A DNA stretch of 64,000 nt from Ferroacidibacillus organovorans (GCF_001642725.1 NZ_LSUQ01000008.1:1-64000), one strand, 5' to 3'. Positions 40,734 to 51,329 are shown, numbered from the stretch's first letter. Translations and numbers: made by a program. Notes: a model not told the origin generated them from the letters alone.

Positions 40734-41426
40734 TTGTTACTTTCGTTTATTGCAGGTGTGTTGTCTTTTCTGTCTCCCTGCTGTCTGCCACTTTATCCAT
40801 CATACATCTCGTATATCTCAGGGGTCACATTCAGTCCGACCGAAACACATACCTTGAACCATCGTATGAAAGCGGTCACGCACACCCTGTTCTTCATCCT
40901 TGGCTTCTCGATCATCTTCTTTGCTCTGGGTCTATCCGCCACCTTAGTCGGACAGGTGTTTGTTGGCTACCGAAACGTCATCCGGATCGTCGGTGGTGTG
41001 GTTGTTATCATCATGGGATTGGCACTCAGTGGCCTATTAACACCCAAATGGCTGATGATGGAGAAAAGGTGGGAATATAAGGGTAAGAAAACGGGATACT
41101 TCGGATCCGTTCTTGTTGGCATAAGTTTCGCCGCCGGATGGTCGCCTTGCATTGGTCCAATTCTGGGTGCTGTGCTCGTACTCAGCGCAAGCCAAAGCGC
41201 CTATGGAGTCTCGCTCATTATGGCGTACATCGTCGGTTTTGCCATACCATTTCTCATTCTCGGAGCATCGTTGGGTTCTGTACGAAAATTGACCAAGTAT
41301 GGGGCACTGCTGTCCAAAATTGGCGGTTATATCATGATTGTCATGGGTGTTCTGCTTTTGACCAACATGTTATCCCGCATCACGATCTTGCTCATCCGCC
41401 TCTATGGTGGGTTTACCGGATTCTAG
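40734..41426 (+). CDS. ccdA: Cytochrome c biogenesis / electron transporter CcdA
   Basis: LSFLSPCCLPLYP and FAAGWSPCIGPILG. Confidence 0.9.
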   Translation: MLLSFIAGVLSFLSPCCLPLYPSYISYISGVTFSPTETHTLNHRMKAVTHTLFFILGFSIIFFALGLSATLVGQVFVGYRNVIRIVGGVVVIIMGLALSGLLTPKWLMMEKRWEYKGKKTGYFGSVLVGISFAAGWSPCIGPILGAVLVLSASQSAYGVSLIMAYIVGFAIPFLILGASLGSVRKLTKYGALLSKIGGYIMIVMGVLLLTNMLSRITILLIRLYGGFTGF

Positions 41427-41438
41427 GAGGCCAAATGC

Positions 41439-41990
41439 ATGGTGAATAAACGATTTAAATGGTCACTCATTAGTGTAGTCGTATTGGGCTCAATTTTTTT
41501 CACAGCCTGGGCAGGTGGAAATCGGAGCATGACCGCTGCGTCCACGGGAACATTGACAGCCGCACCGCAGATTGGATATCGCATGCCCCCGTTTACCTTG
41601 CCAGTCTTAGGTTCAGACAAAACGATTTCCTCTGCAAACCTCACCGGAAAACCGATTTTTATCAACTTCTGGACTTCCTGGTGTACGTATTGCAGGCTGG
41701 AAGCACCCGACATTGAGCAGGCCTACAAAAAGTATGGCAACAAAGTCGTGTTTCTCAGTGTCAACGTGACATCAGAGGACAGCATGCCAGCCATCGAAGC
41801 CTTTACGCAAGAGTTCGGAATGACATGGCAAGTTCCACTAGACACCACAGGTGCTGTAGCACAGAAATATCAGATTATTGCATTTCCCACTTCATTTTTT
41901 GTGAACAAGTCGGGGCTGATTGAAGATAAAGTCGTTGGTGCTCTTTCCCCTGGCACATTAAACGCTGATTTGGAGGCGATTTCAAAATAA
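41439..41990 (+). CDS. TlpA/ResA-like thiol-disulfide oxidoreductase
   Basis: INFWTSWCTYC; AFPTSFF. Confidence 0.88.
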   Translation: MVNKRFKWSLISVVVLGSIFFTAWAGGNRSMTAASTGTLTAAPQIGYRMPPFTLPVLGSDKTISSANLTGKPIFINFWTSWCTYCRLEAPDIEQAYKKYGNKVVFLSVNVTSEDSMPAIEAFTQEFGMTWQVPLDTTGAVAQKYQIIAFPTSFFVNKSGLIEDKVVGALSPGTLNADLEAISK

Positions 41991-42733
41991 TGTTATCCAT
42001 CTTGCAAAGAATTCCATCACTGTGGATAGCCTTGATTCTGGGTGGCATCGCGGCATCCCTGTATCTCCGATACCTTGTGCCAAAGAACCCGGAGAACCAG
42101 TTTGTGCGAGATAAAATCTTCACTATTGTACTCTTGTACATTTTGTTCAGTCGGTTTTCGGGCCTTATCCTACATCCGAGCGCCAATCTGCAAGCAGATC
42201 TCTTGTCTTTGCTCAGTGGTGCCTCATCCAGTGGATGGCTAGTTGGACTAGCTGCCTCGGTGCTCTATGCCTTGTTTTCATTTTGGCGTGCAAAACATCT
42301 TGATCCACACTGCTTGGCCGTACTGGCGGAAGCCATCTGTTTTGGAAGCCTGTTGTTTTTCGCATATCAGGCGTACACGGACCTGAACCCGTTTCGAATG
42401 GAAGATATCTTTCGGATCATCTGGTCTGCCGTTTTGATTTGGTTTGTTCGAACAAGGCGAGTTAAGTGGTCGGATCGACCCCAATGGATTTGGGGTGCAT
42501 ATAGCCTCGTACTACTGTTGACTTCAGCCTACGTCCCACATATTAACCGGATGTTCCTTTTTACGACGCCACAATGGATATTCGTCATCATCCTGCTGAT
42601 TGCAGTTTACGCCGAAGCAAGACAGGATTTTGTAGCATCCGGAAGCGTCCAAACAATTGACCTTAATCGGGCATCGACGAACGATGGTATTGAAGGAGTT
42701 TCGAAATTGGACACGAAATCTGATGAGAAGTAA
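41990..42733 (+). CDS. Hypothetical multi-pass membrane protein
   Basis: ~7 TM; 1-nt overlap with the preceding tlpA. Confidence 0.7.
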   Translation: MLSILQRIPSLWIALILGGIAASLYLRYLVPKNPENQFVRDKIFTIVLLYILFSRFSGLILHPSANLQADLLSLLSGASSSGWLVGLAASVLYALFSFWRAKHLDPHCLAVLAEAICFGSLLFFAYQAYTDLNPFRMEDIFRIIWSAVLIWFVRTRRVKWSDRPQWIWGAYSLVLLLTSAYVPHINRMFLFTTPQWIFVIILLIAVYAEARQDFVASGSVQTIDLNRASTNDGIEGVSKLDTKSDEK

Positions 42734-43095
42734 GTTTACCACACATCGGTACGTTGCCAATCAAGAATGGGAGACTGCTCTAATCTGTCTCTCATTCTTG
42801 AGCTTTCCAAACCATTTCCACGTACTCTCGCCCACTGAATAGCACTTTCAGAATGTGATTTGACCTTCGTGTTACCAACTTCTTGTTTGTCTCATTTCTG
42901 ATTTCCATCACTTTGTACCCTGCTAATCCAACTCTATCGATTTTTTGTCTGGTTGAACTTGGCTCCTCAGCGATGCATACGGCGCATGTCGACAGGATCT
43001 TCATATTTTCTTCAAAAGTTTGTTGCATAATATATCATAATTCGACATAGAAGGGAGGAAATTTTCTCTCACCACACGAATCTGTATCAAATGAA

Positions 43096-43206
43096 AATCC
43101 GAACTCTATCTAGAGACGGGGGACGTATTTATAGGGGCGAATCTACCTGATGGTAGTAGGGAGCGATAAGCCACATCCCGAGCCCGACAACTAACCTCGT
43201 AGGATA
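43096..43206 (+). ncRNA. c-di-AMP (ydaO/yuaA) riboswitch
   Basis: ATCCGAACTC..GAGACGGGGGAC..AGGGGCGAAT..GTAGGG..CCCGAGCCCGACAACTAACCTCGTAGGAT, upstream of the LysM-NlpC/P60 gene. Confidence 0.85.
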
Positions 43207-43221
43207 CAAAGGGGCTTATCC

Positions 43222-43950
43222 ATGCGCAAAGCAGTAGTATCGGCTGTCGTAGCCGCAATGTTTACTGTGTCACTTCCATCTATGGCATTCGCACACACCA
43301 AGCAAAGTAACCAGACTACCTATGCCGCAGCCGTCAATAACCGTTCTACACCGCAATACGTGACTGTACAACGTGGTAACACATTGTATGGTCTTGCAAG
43401 GGAACATCATACAACGGTCCGTAATTTGACACAGTGGAACCGTATTCGCTCCACTCAAATCCTACATATTGGTCAGCGCCTGATTGTGGGGTGGAATACC
43501 TCCGCCAAATCCCGCACGAATTCGTCGACCACACTGAGCAGCCGCAGTGAATCCATCAACAGCAATCTTTCCAGTGCAGTTCTCGGGGAAACCATTGCGA
43601 GGTACGCAACTCAGTTTCAGGGAGTGCCTTATTCGTGGGGTGGCGAGTCACCGAGCGGGTTTGACTGTTCAGGGCTAGTCCAATTCACGTTTGGTCATTC
43701 CGGTGTTCAACTGGAGCGAACCAGTTACAGTCAATTCCAACAAGGTCAGTCTGTCTCCCTCAATGATTTGTCGCCAGGCGATTTAGTTTTCTATGACACA
43801 AACGGACCTGGAGCGTCCCATGTAGGCATTTATGTCGGGAATGGCCAGTTTATTCACTCAGGCGGTAGTCACGTACAAATTGCAAGTATGAACAATTCCT
43901 ACTGGAGAGCACATTACATTGGTGCCAAACGGGTTACCAACTCTGTGTAA
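43222..43950 (+). CDS. LysM + NlpC/P60 cell-wall endopeptidase
   Basis: Signal peptide; YVTVQRGNTLYGLA...HIGQRL (LysM); GVPYSWGG.SPSGFDCSG; SHVGIYVG..FIH. Confidence 0.92.
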   Translation: MRKAVVSAVVAAMFTVSLPSMAFAHTKQSNQTTYAAAVNNRSTPQYVTVQRGNTLYGLAREHHTTVRNLTQWNRIRSTQILHIGQRLIVGWNTSAKSRTNSSTTLSSRSESINSNLSSAVLGETIARYATQFQGVPYSWGGESPSGFDCSGLVQFTFGHSGVQLERTSYSQFQQGQSVSLNDLSPGDLVFYDTNGPGASHVGIYVGNGQFIHSGGSHVQIASMNNSYWRAHYIGAKRVTNSV

Positions 43951-44239
43951 CTATGCCGCACTACACTTCGATATCAATGTGGGTCGGCACCATGCTGACC
44001 TTTTTACTCAGGGGACCTCGAAGGTCCCCCTTAGTCTGTTCATCTGTGTAATCACAATCATTGAGCCATACGGCTTCGACTTCATATTTTTTTCATAATG
44101 GCCGTTTATACTAGAACTCGACTGGTAGGTTTCTCCTTATGTCAGATTTTTTCAAGATGCATTCGAATCGTAGCTAGGCAGAAAAAACATGAACCCCCTT
44201 CAAACACCCAAACAGGAACATTGTGAGGAGTGATTTCAC

Positions 44240-44428
44240 ATGAACGGAAAGAAACGCGTAGCGATTGCCGGAACGCTGATTGTTTTTGCCCTTGCAGGAT
44301 GTGGATCGGGCGGTGGCGATACCGGCAATTCGGGCGGTGGCATGGGTAACATGGACATGAGCAATGGGACGATGAATATGACCAATGGCACAATGGATAT
44401 GGGTAATCAAACAAATTCGACAAAGTAA
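44240..44428 (+). CDS. Small Met-rich lipoprotein
   Basis: GAGGAG RBS; lipobox LAGC; mature part contains MGNMDMSNGTMNMTNGTMDM. Confidence 0.75.
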   Translation: MNGKKRVAIAGTLIVFALAGCGSGGGDTGNSGGGMGNMDMSNGTMNMTNGTMDMGNQTNSTK

Positions 44429-44759
44429 CCGGGTACGAGGGCCATCGTAAAACTGTCGTATGCGAAAAACGAGGTAGCCACTAAAAAGGCGGCCTCGTTC
44501 CTCCGTATGTTAGCCTCTATCCTTGGGTTAGGGGCACACTCTTCTCGTAGGGTATTGACGGTATAGCACCGGAAAAAATGTGAAGAGTGCTCCCTTTTCT
44601 TTTGCTTGTGATAAACCTTGACAGTTGGTTTAACGACACCAGGCAACGATTCCTCCAGAACCGCCGAACAACAACTCTCCTGTCGTGGCCATCAATGTTG
44701 TCCTTTCACCGCCGACATAAATTAAATTTGTTTTTGATTTCTCACTACACTAATATCTT

Positions 44760-45480
44760 TGGCCAGAGACTTCCCACAGGCGTTTGGACAACCTGAATAC
44801 CCCACTCTCAGCGGAAATTGGGAGAGGTTTCTTAGCAATGGTCTCATCTAGCTTTCTCGCCACATCAATCCCTTTCCGCATTCCCCCCCATGCAACTCTG
44901 CAAACGTTTACGGTTGATATCCCATCCCTTATGGCGAAGTTGATGTGCGGCTCTGCGACTGCCGTGGCCAGGATGCGCCGTGTACACTTAATCGATATTG
45001 CTTCAGGCTCACCCCACCAGCAGACAGCTAAGCCGGCTTGTGATAAAAGCTTGAGCGATTAAGAGAAGGAGTTAGGTCTGCGTCGTCAGTGCGATCTTTC
45101 GATTCCATGCTCTACCATGCAAGGCGTTCGACGCCGCTCCGGGTCGATACCAAATTTTTGAGCCACTCGAGCTGAGCGGCTAGCTTCCCAACCTTGGCAA
45201 TTCGTTCGACTTTTTGCTCCTGTACCTTTTGTTCCTTGGTGCCTTGTGCCCGTCCACAAATAGTCTGATGAAGTTCTCCGAGGCAACCTTCTGCCATTGG
45301 CTCAACTGCACGGGGATGGACACCGTACTGCGAAGCAATCTGTGCCATGGTTTTCTTTTCATTTAGTATTTCCTGAACAACAAGGGTTTGAATTTGAGTG
45401 TATACTGTTTTTTCATAGGCTTAGCGCAACTCAACTGTCCTCCTATCAGGTGTTGTCCAGTTTTACGGGCCACCATACCA
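44760..45480 (-). mobile_element. Degraded IS3-family element inserted into the IS1595 transposase
   Basis: Terminus TGGTATGGTGGCCCGTAAAACTGGACA at 45480; orfA fragments MKKQYT, AQIASQYGVHP, VGKLAAQLEWLK; decayed orfB. Left boundary approximate. Confidence 0.6.
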
Positions 45481-45996
45481 GGACCACCAAAGTAGGTTTC
45501 ATCCATCTCGACGATGCCAGACAACACGTACTGTTCATCTCGTGAACCCATAGCGTAGCGGATTTTGTGTAACATGAGCCACGCTGTTTTGTAGCTCACA
45601 TCCAATTCTCGTGCAAGCGCCAGCGCAGATATACCACGCTTGTCGTGCGCCACGAGAAATAGCGCCCAGAACCAAATGCGCAGTGGTGTGCGAGTTTTGT
45701 GTAGAATGGTTCCAGCTATGAGCGATGATTGATGACGACATGCCGTACATTGAAACAAGACTCGTTCTGAAATCAAATAATACTTATCGTGTCCGCAACT
45801 CGGACAGCGAAATCCGTTAGGAAAGCGTATTGAAAAAAGGTGCTGACGGCACTCATCATCCGATTTGAACTTCTGTTGGAATGTGCGAAGTGTTAAATAT
45901 GACTGCTTCATGGTCATCTCTCGTTTCCATGGAAGATAAGACCATTATACCAAACGTACGTTCGCAACACTACCAAGCTGAGCTAACGGAATAGCC
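45481..45996 (-). pseudogene. IS1595-family element: one end and truncated transposase
   Basis: End GGCTATTCCGTTAGCTCAGC at 45996; zinc ribbon FRCPSCG...FQCTAC, KRGISALAL, YKTAWLMLHKIR, VEMDETYFGG, then the IS3 junction. Confidence 0.8.
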
Positions 45997-46024
45997 ACGT
46001 TCGGGAATATTACGTTTACATGAT

Positions 46025-46243
46025 TTGTCCCTATCTTTGGACACTGTGAAATTTCAGTTATTTCTGGTCGCTCCTGATAAACGTGAGAAAGAAATCAAGG
46101 CTCAACTTCTGCGTCCGTCATTCCAACAAACACTCGAAATGCTGTCCTACATCGTCTTTTCCGATCTTAGATGCGACTGTGACGCAATGTGCAAATATGG
46201 TGCCGATGCGTCCGTCCTCAGCAAAATCTCCAAAGTTGTATAG
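46025..46243 (+). pseudogene. C-terminal gene fragment next to the IS1595 end (possibly endonuclease-related)
   Basis: LFLVAPDKREKEIKAQLLRPSF; no convincing start. Confidence 0.3.
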
Positions 46244-46564
46244 CTCGCGCGAACTTTGATTCAAGCGCATACTTTCTTCACATTTGTCGATTATGATAAG
46301 ACCTCAGCCGGGAGATACATCCCCGTATTTTGGTGGCGATTGCAATTGGCTGCCAAATTGGCAACAAGGTAATTGGTTTAGCTTGCCTACCTGGCAAGTC
46401 CCAATGCATTACGCCACACGTCAGTAAAAATTCGGTCTGACTACACTATATATCCGCAATACGGCTGTCGAATCCGTTTCTGCAATGACCGCCAGAACTA
46501 AGGTGCGAATAATCAAAACTTAGTGGCTCACCGGGGATGTGACATCCCCCAGTGTAGTTGATTT

Positions 46565-46984
46565 TCATATTGCCAATTCATTTCGTAGAGCATCCAACCC
46601 AAAGCGTTTCAAAAAGTGGGAAAACCGCTCCCGCTTCCTTCCGTTCTTCTGATAAACCTTAACGATTTGATTCACAACGCCTGGTAACAAATCGCTAGTG
46701 ACTTTTTCCATTATTAATTTCCCTGACGAGGCATTCAATGTTTTCGTCTCACCACCGACATATACATTGAATGTGTCTTTTATTTTTACAATACCGATGT
46801 CCTTAGACAATGATTCTCCACATGCGTTGGGGCAACCAGAATACCCCACTCTCATCGGGAACGGGACAGACATACCTGCGATTGCCTTATCCAACTCTCT
46901 TGCAGCTTCAAGACCTTCGGATTCAGCGCCTTTACAAAAATTGCAGACGGCAAGATTTTTACTTTGCACATTTATACAACACAC
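46565..46984 (-). CDS. Stand-alone nitrite/sulfite-reductase-type 4Fe-4S domain protein
   Basis: CNFC...GYSGCPNACG...DIG..VYVGG...ERF. Confidence 0.75.
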   Translation of the reverse strand: MCCINVQSKNLAVCNFCKGAESEGLEAARELDKAIAGMSVPFPMRVGYSGCPNACGESLSKDIGIVKIKDTFNVYVGGETKTLNASSGKLIMEKVTSDLLPGVVNQIVKVYQKNGRKRERFSHFLKRFGLDALRNELAI

Positions 46985-47207
46985 CTCCTTGATCTGAATC
47001 GTTCAAATGTCTGGACTCTCCGTTCATTATATCCGACTCTTATATGGCTGTGACTCACACGGTAGGATGAGGCTGATTACTAAGGGAACATGAGCTCTGT
47101 CATTCCGTGAGTTGTTCAAAATCCCGTTCAGTGTGGGCGTGTCACCGGCACAACTTGGCTATCGATTACCGCCCTTCAACATGCCGTCTCGAATCGTTGG
47201 CATGATA

Positions 47208-47246
47208 GGGGCACCGCTAACAAAATGACGCAAAACCCACGCTAAG
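47208..47246. mobile_element. Tn3-family terminal inverted repeat
   Basis: GGGGCACCGCTAACAAAATGACGCAAAACCCACGCTAAG (GGGG...ACGCTAAG), just downstream of the tnpA 3' end. Confidence 0.8.
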
Positions 47247-47281
47247 ACAATTTATGGAATAAAACATACGGTTTTTCTACT

Positions 47282-47745
47282 CTAAGCATCTTTCTCTCGG
47301 GTTCTAAGCGGTCTCAACGCATTCTCGGTAGTCGGTGGATTTGTATTGAAAGTGTACTCTCCAAGAAAATTGATGTGCTCCCATCCTAATGGGGAAATGT
47401 GATTTAGCAGTTCTTCGTGAAGTACCCCTTTCTTCGTTTGGAATTCTGTGGCCTTAGTCAAATAGAGGGTATTCCAGACGCTAATCGCATTAATCAAGAT
47501 ATTTAATGCGCTCGCGCGTTGGAGCTGATCCTGTAGGGCTCTCTCACGTAGTTCCCCATGCTTCCCGAAGAAGATGGCTCTGGCCAATGCATTCATCGCC
47601 TCACCTTTATTTAGCCCTCGGTGAATTCTTCGTCTCATGGATTCGCTTGAAACGTAATCCAAAATGAAAATCGTCTTTTCGATCCGCCCATCTCACGAAG
47701 TGCAGTAGCTAAACTGTTTTGCCGCGAGTATGAACCGAGTTCCTC
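47282..47745 (-). pseudogene. tnpA: Tn3-family transposase C-terminal remnant
   Basis: LGSYSRQNSLATALREMG / RRIHRGLNKGEAMNALARAIFFG...WNT.Y...HISPLGWEHINFLGEY, frameshifted. Confidence 0.88.
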
Positions 47746-47898
47746 ATGATTATGCGGTGTGTTCGCTGCTCTTCTTGTGGAGCAAACGGACATGAGTTCA
47801 GTAAGAAACCGGAGGACACAACGATGTCCCATAATTGCTGGCGTCCCTTTCAAGTAAGAAAAGACATACCATCAAGGATATGTCTTCTCAAAGAAACA

Positions 47899-48768
47899 CT
47901 ACAGGTCTGATACTTTACTAACTTGTCTCATGGCTCGCCAGATTGAGTAACCACCGGCACCACCTACAACCAAAATAATTAATAATAAGGCAACGTTGAT
48001 TGAATCAAGGTTGTAGATGTGCAACCCTGTCGGAAGAGCCCAGTCTGCCAGTTTCGGATCTAACAATTCAATAGCCCCTGCTGCAGCAAACAATATACCT
48101 CCAATGAGCAGCGTGTTCCCGGCAACGAATCGTCCTATAAACGCTTTGGCTTTGTCCCCCAGCTTCCTACTCTCAATCCATCGCCCAAACACGGCCCCAA
48201 TCACAATCTGCATCAATAAAGTGCCAAGTCCATATAGTAGTCCAGGTAAGAATGCCACCCATGCACTTGGCATACGAGGCGAAATTACGGTGTATATGAT
48301 GGTTGCGAACGCACCTGTTCCCCATCCTGCGATAAATCCATGAATCAATGCTAGTTTTACGGGCACCACTTCTTTATCAGTTGGAAGCGACGGCGTCAGC
48401 CGTTCTAACCACGGAAACAGATGCAGCGTTTTATTTCTATAAAGTATGAAGTACCCTGACAGCAGCATGACAACGCCGACAATGACGTACACAATCTGCT
48501 CAACACCTTGTCGCATGAGAAACCCAGCTAAAGCGAAGTACGCTAATTCGGATGCGATAGCCCGCTGCAACGTGAAGGCAAGTGAGAAAAACAAACCGGC
48601 TCGCATTCCACCACGCGTACTGTAACTTCCAATGGAGTAGCTGAATGTAATGGGCCAGGTGTGCTCATCCGGCGTAATACCGTGAACAATACCCATGAGA
48701 AAAACCGTAACTAAATCAATTAACCACGTAATGTGGTGGGGATCGTACCAAAAGTTCAATGAGTGCAC
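47899..48768 (-). CDS. Putative transition-metal permease (HGITPDEH motif), copy 2
   Basis: Clear paralog of 36393-37217 (GIVHGITPDEHTWPITFSY, IHGFIAGWG, LGDKAKAFIGR). Confidence 0.7.
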   Translation of the reverse strand: MHSLNFWYDPHHITWLIDLVTVFLMGIVHGITPDEHTWPITFSYSIGSYSTRGGMRAGLFFSLAFTLQRAIASELAYFALAGFLMRQGVEQIVYVIVGVVMLLSGYFILYRNKTLHLFPWLERLTPSLPTDKEVVPVKLALIHGFIAGWGTGAFATIIYTVISPRMPSAWVAFLPGLLYGLGTLLMQIVIGAVFGRWIESRKLGDKAKAFIGRFVAGNTLLIGGILFAAAGAIELLDPKLADWALPTGLHIYNLDSINVALLLIILVVGGAGGYSIWRAMRQVSKVSDL

Positions 48769-49181
48769 CCCGCATCGTTTGCAGTCTGGCAGTCAGAACA
48801 CGTTCCATACAAGTCGGAACGATGACTGCTTACACGGAAGTTGTCAGGCACATCAAACGAGGGACAGCTACCTTGAATATCCATTACCCTGTGGCAGGAC
48901 AGACAAACGAAATGATGATGATGTTCACACCCGCAATAGGCATAAAAAATCGTTCCGTCTACAAGAAATGGTGTCGCGACACCCACCTTGGTAAGCACTT
49001 CGAGCAATCTGTAAACTGTTGTTAGGCCAATATTTATATCGTGTTTATCCGCCAATTCATATAGCTGACTTGGGGTCAACATCGAAGATGATGAAGCAAA
49101 CACGTCCAAAAGGCTCTCGCGTTCGCTAGTTAAACGAAATTTCTGACCGTTTAATAGCTCTTTAATTTGCAATTTATCCAT
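48756..49181 (-). CDS. Fur-family transcriptional regulator, copy 2
   Basis: RLTSER, IGLTTVYRLL, HHHHFVCLSC, LYGTCSDC. Confidence 0.9.
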   Translation of the reverse strand: MDKLQIKELLNGQKFRLTSERESLLDVFASSSSMLTPSQLYELADKHDINIGLTTVYRLLEVLTKVGVATPFLVDGTIFYAYCGCEHHHHFVCLSCHRVMDIQGSCPSFDVPDNFRVSSHRSDLYGTCSDCQTANDAGCTH

Positions 49182-49200
49182 AAGACCACACCTTGTTCAT

Positions 49201-49275
49201 TTATAGAAAGTAATTTTCTATAACAATATAAGCGGAAATATTGATGTCGTCAATATAGAAAATGATTTTCAATAT
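49201..49275. promoter_or_regulatory. Two tandem Fur-family operators
   Basis: TTATAGAAAGT-A-ATTTTCTATAA (49201-49223) and ATATAGAAAAT-G-ATTTTCAATAT (49253-49275), same family as the 37679 box. Confidence 0.75.
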
Positions 49276-49551
49276 TTCCGGTGATCGGGTTAAGACGCAA
49301 GATTTCACGTCTTATCAGCGTAGCATCGAGGAGTACTTACTGGCGAAACGAGGGAGTATCCGTTGCGGGGTCCTTGTTGCATTTACGGGTGCGATAGTGC
49401 AATATCGGCTATCACATAGATGCGAATGAATATACGAAGGTATACATATGACCGCGTTTTCTTCATATTTCGCACCATCAGCAAGATGCTTAGAGTTCAA
49501 AAGACAACTTCCAAACTCCATAAATTGTCTTAGCGTGGGTTTTGCGTTATT

Positions 49552-49935
49552 TTGTTGGCGGTACCCCATATTGGGCAACGATTAATTATGGGTTGGATTA
49601 CATCACGTAGTTCGACGACCACTACCCGATCAACCACGTTAAGCGGGCGCAGCGAATCCTTGAGCAGTGGTCTTTCTGATGCTGTTCTTGGAGATAGCAA
49701 TGCAAGATACGCTACTCAGTTTCAAGGCGTACCTTATTCCTGGAGTGGCGTCTTGTTGCCCGGCGTTCTGATATTCTTTGATGCGAACGGACCTGGCGCA
49801 TCACATGTCGGCATTTACATCGGAAACGTCCATTTTGTCCATTCTGGTGGCAGAGCTGTAAGCGTTACGGACGTTAGCAATCCATACTGGAGGGTCTATT
49901 TTGTTGGTGCCAAGCGAATCACGGATTCTGTGTAA
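49552..49935 (+). pseudogene. Decayed copy of the LysM-NlpC/P60 gene
   Basis: HIGQRL, RYATQFQGVPYSW and NGPGASHVGIY match 43222-43950, but the catalytic GFDCSG segment and the N-terminus are missing. Confidence 0.8.
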
Positions 49936-50102
49936 CGGTGTTATTATAAGGCTCATGCCGGCCGAATATCGACGTTAGTCGGTGCGAAGACAGGCCATGG
50001 CGAGGGAAAACCGGTGGTTCCCTTCAATTGAATAAATCTTCACCACTAAGATGGATAGACTTATCTGAACAGCAGTAGAGCCCCTCATGCACGGCATCAT
50101 AC

Positions 50103-51329
50103 TTACCGTTGTGATATTTCTGCTTCAAAGTTCTTCGTATAGGTCTGCATTGATATTCCAAAATTAGATAGAAAGCTCTTCTCCGTCCCATTCTTTGCCC
50201 CTTCTATAAATTCCCGATATTTAGTTAGCCCGTACCTCTGGACGAGTTCATGAACAGCGCGGTAATCTTCCCATTCCACATTATAAGATGCATTGAGGAT
50301 GTCCCTTTCCGAGGCGGAGAGTGGAAGCAATTGCCCACTTTGTGCAGCCCGCCGCAGTTGTTCATTATTTGCATGTATAATCTGATCAGCCTCCACTGAA
50401 CTGACCTTCCTTTGTGCATCCATACCATCAAACCAAGCAGTCCCCTCATTCACCCATGTTGGGACTGAATCGCTTATTCCTTCTTGATTGAACACAGCAT
50501 GTGTTACTTCGTGTGTAAAAATATTGGCTAAATCTGAGTTGCTCTGTAGAGCGGCCCAGTTAATCCATATATCAGAACCAGCTGTAATTCCGCCCGTTTT
50601 TGCAGCCATGCTCAATATGTCTTGAGAACCCACACCCGCCATTGCTAAGGCAGCCGCGTAACTTTGCTTTGAAGAAAACAGGGCAATATTCGTATTCTGT
50701 GGAGTAACGCCTAAATTTTCCTTAAGAATAGAGACTGACACTTGTGTTAAAATACTCGCCCCCAGTTTCAATTCTCTTTCTGATACCTGATCGTCTCCAG
50801 CCGCAATACTTACCCCGTTTGGAAGATGCACGGTCCTTCCTTGATTTACATTAGGCAGTTGATTGATGTTATACAGACGTGTTATATTGGGATCCATGAA
50901 TTTCCCTAATTGTGTCCATTGCTCCGCGACTTTGTTCAGTTGTTTATGTAACTGCGGTTGCTTCGATAAACTCAATGCCACCCAATTCTTCAACGGTGTA
51001 TAGACATGGGTTTGCAACATTCGGTAGGGAGCGGATTTTTCGACAATATCGGCCAACGGAGTAATGGAAACAAGTTGTAACACCAGGAACACCAGTCCAC
51101 CGAAAACAACTGCGCGAACCGCCCCAACAACCGAACCAATCAAGGCGCCCAACAATCGACTGCGCCCAATTGAGGCAGGTAATTGGCGCGGGATAAATAT
51201 GGTCAACTTTTGCAGTGCATGGTTTGAAGTCTCCGATATCACTAAATAAATAATGAAAAATACTATTGTGCGGACTATCCCTGGAATTCCCTGCCAAAGT
51301 TGAACTGCACGTTCTCCCCATAGTGGATA
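50103..51329 (-). pseudogene. 3' part of a membrane-anchored zinc peptidase (HExxH) interrupted by a mobile element
   Basis: THEVTH...PTWVNEGTA gluzincin-like motif; frame open up to the element boundary (YPLWGERAVQ...). Confidence 0.75.

Noticed and set aside
47040..47180. Possible cobalamin or NiCo riboswitch upstream of the 4Fe-4S domain gene
   Set aside because: No conserved core motifs could be matched by eye.
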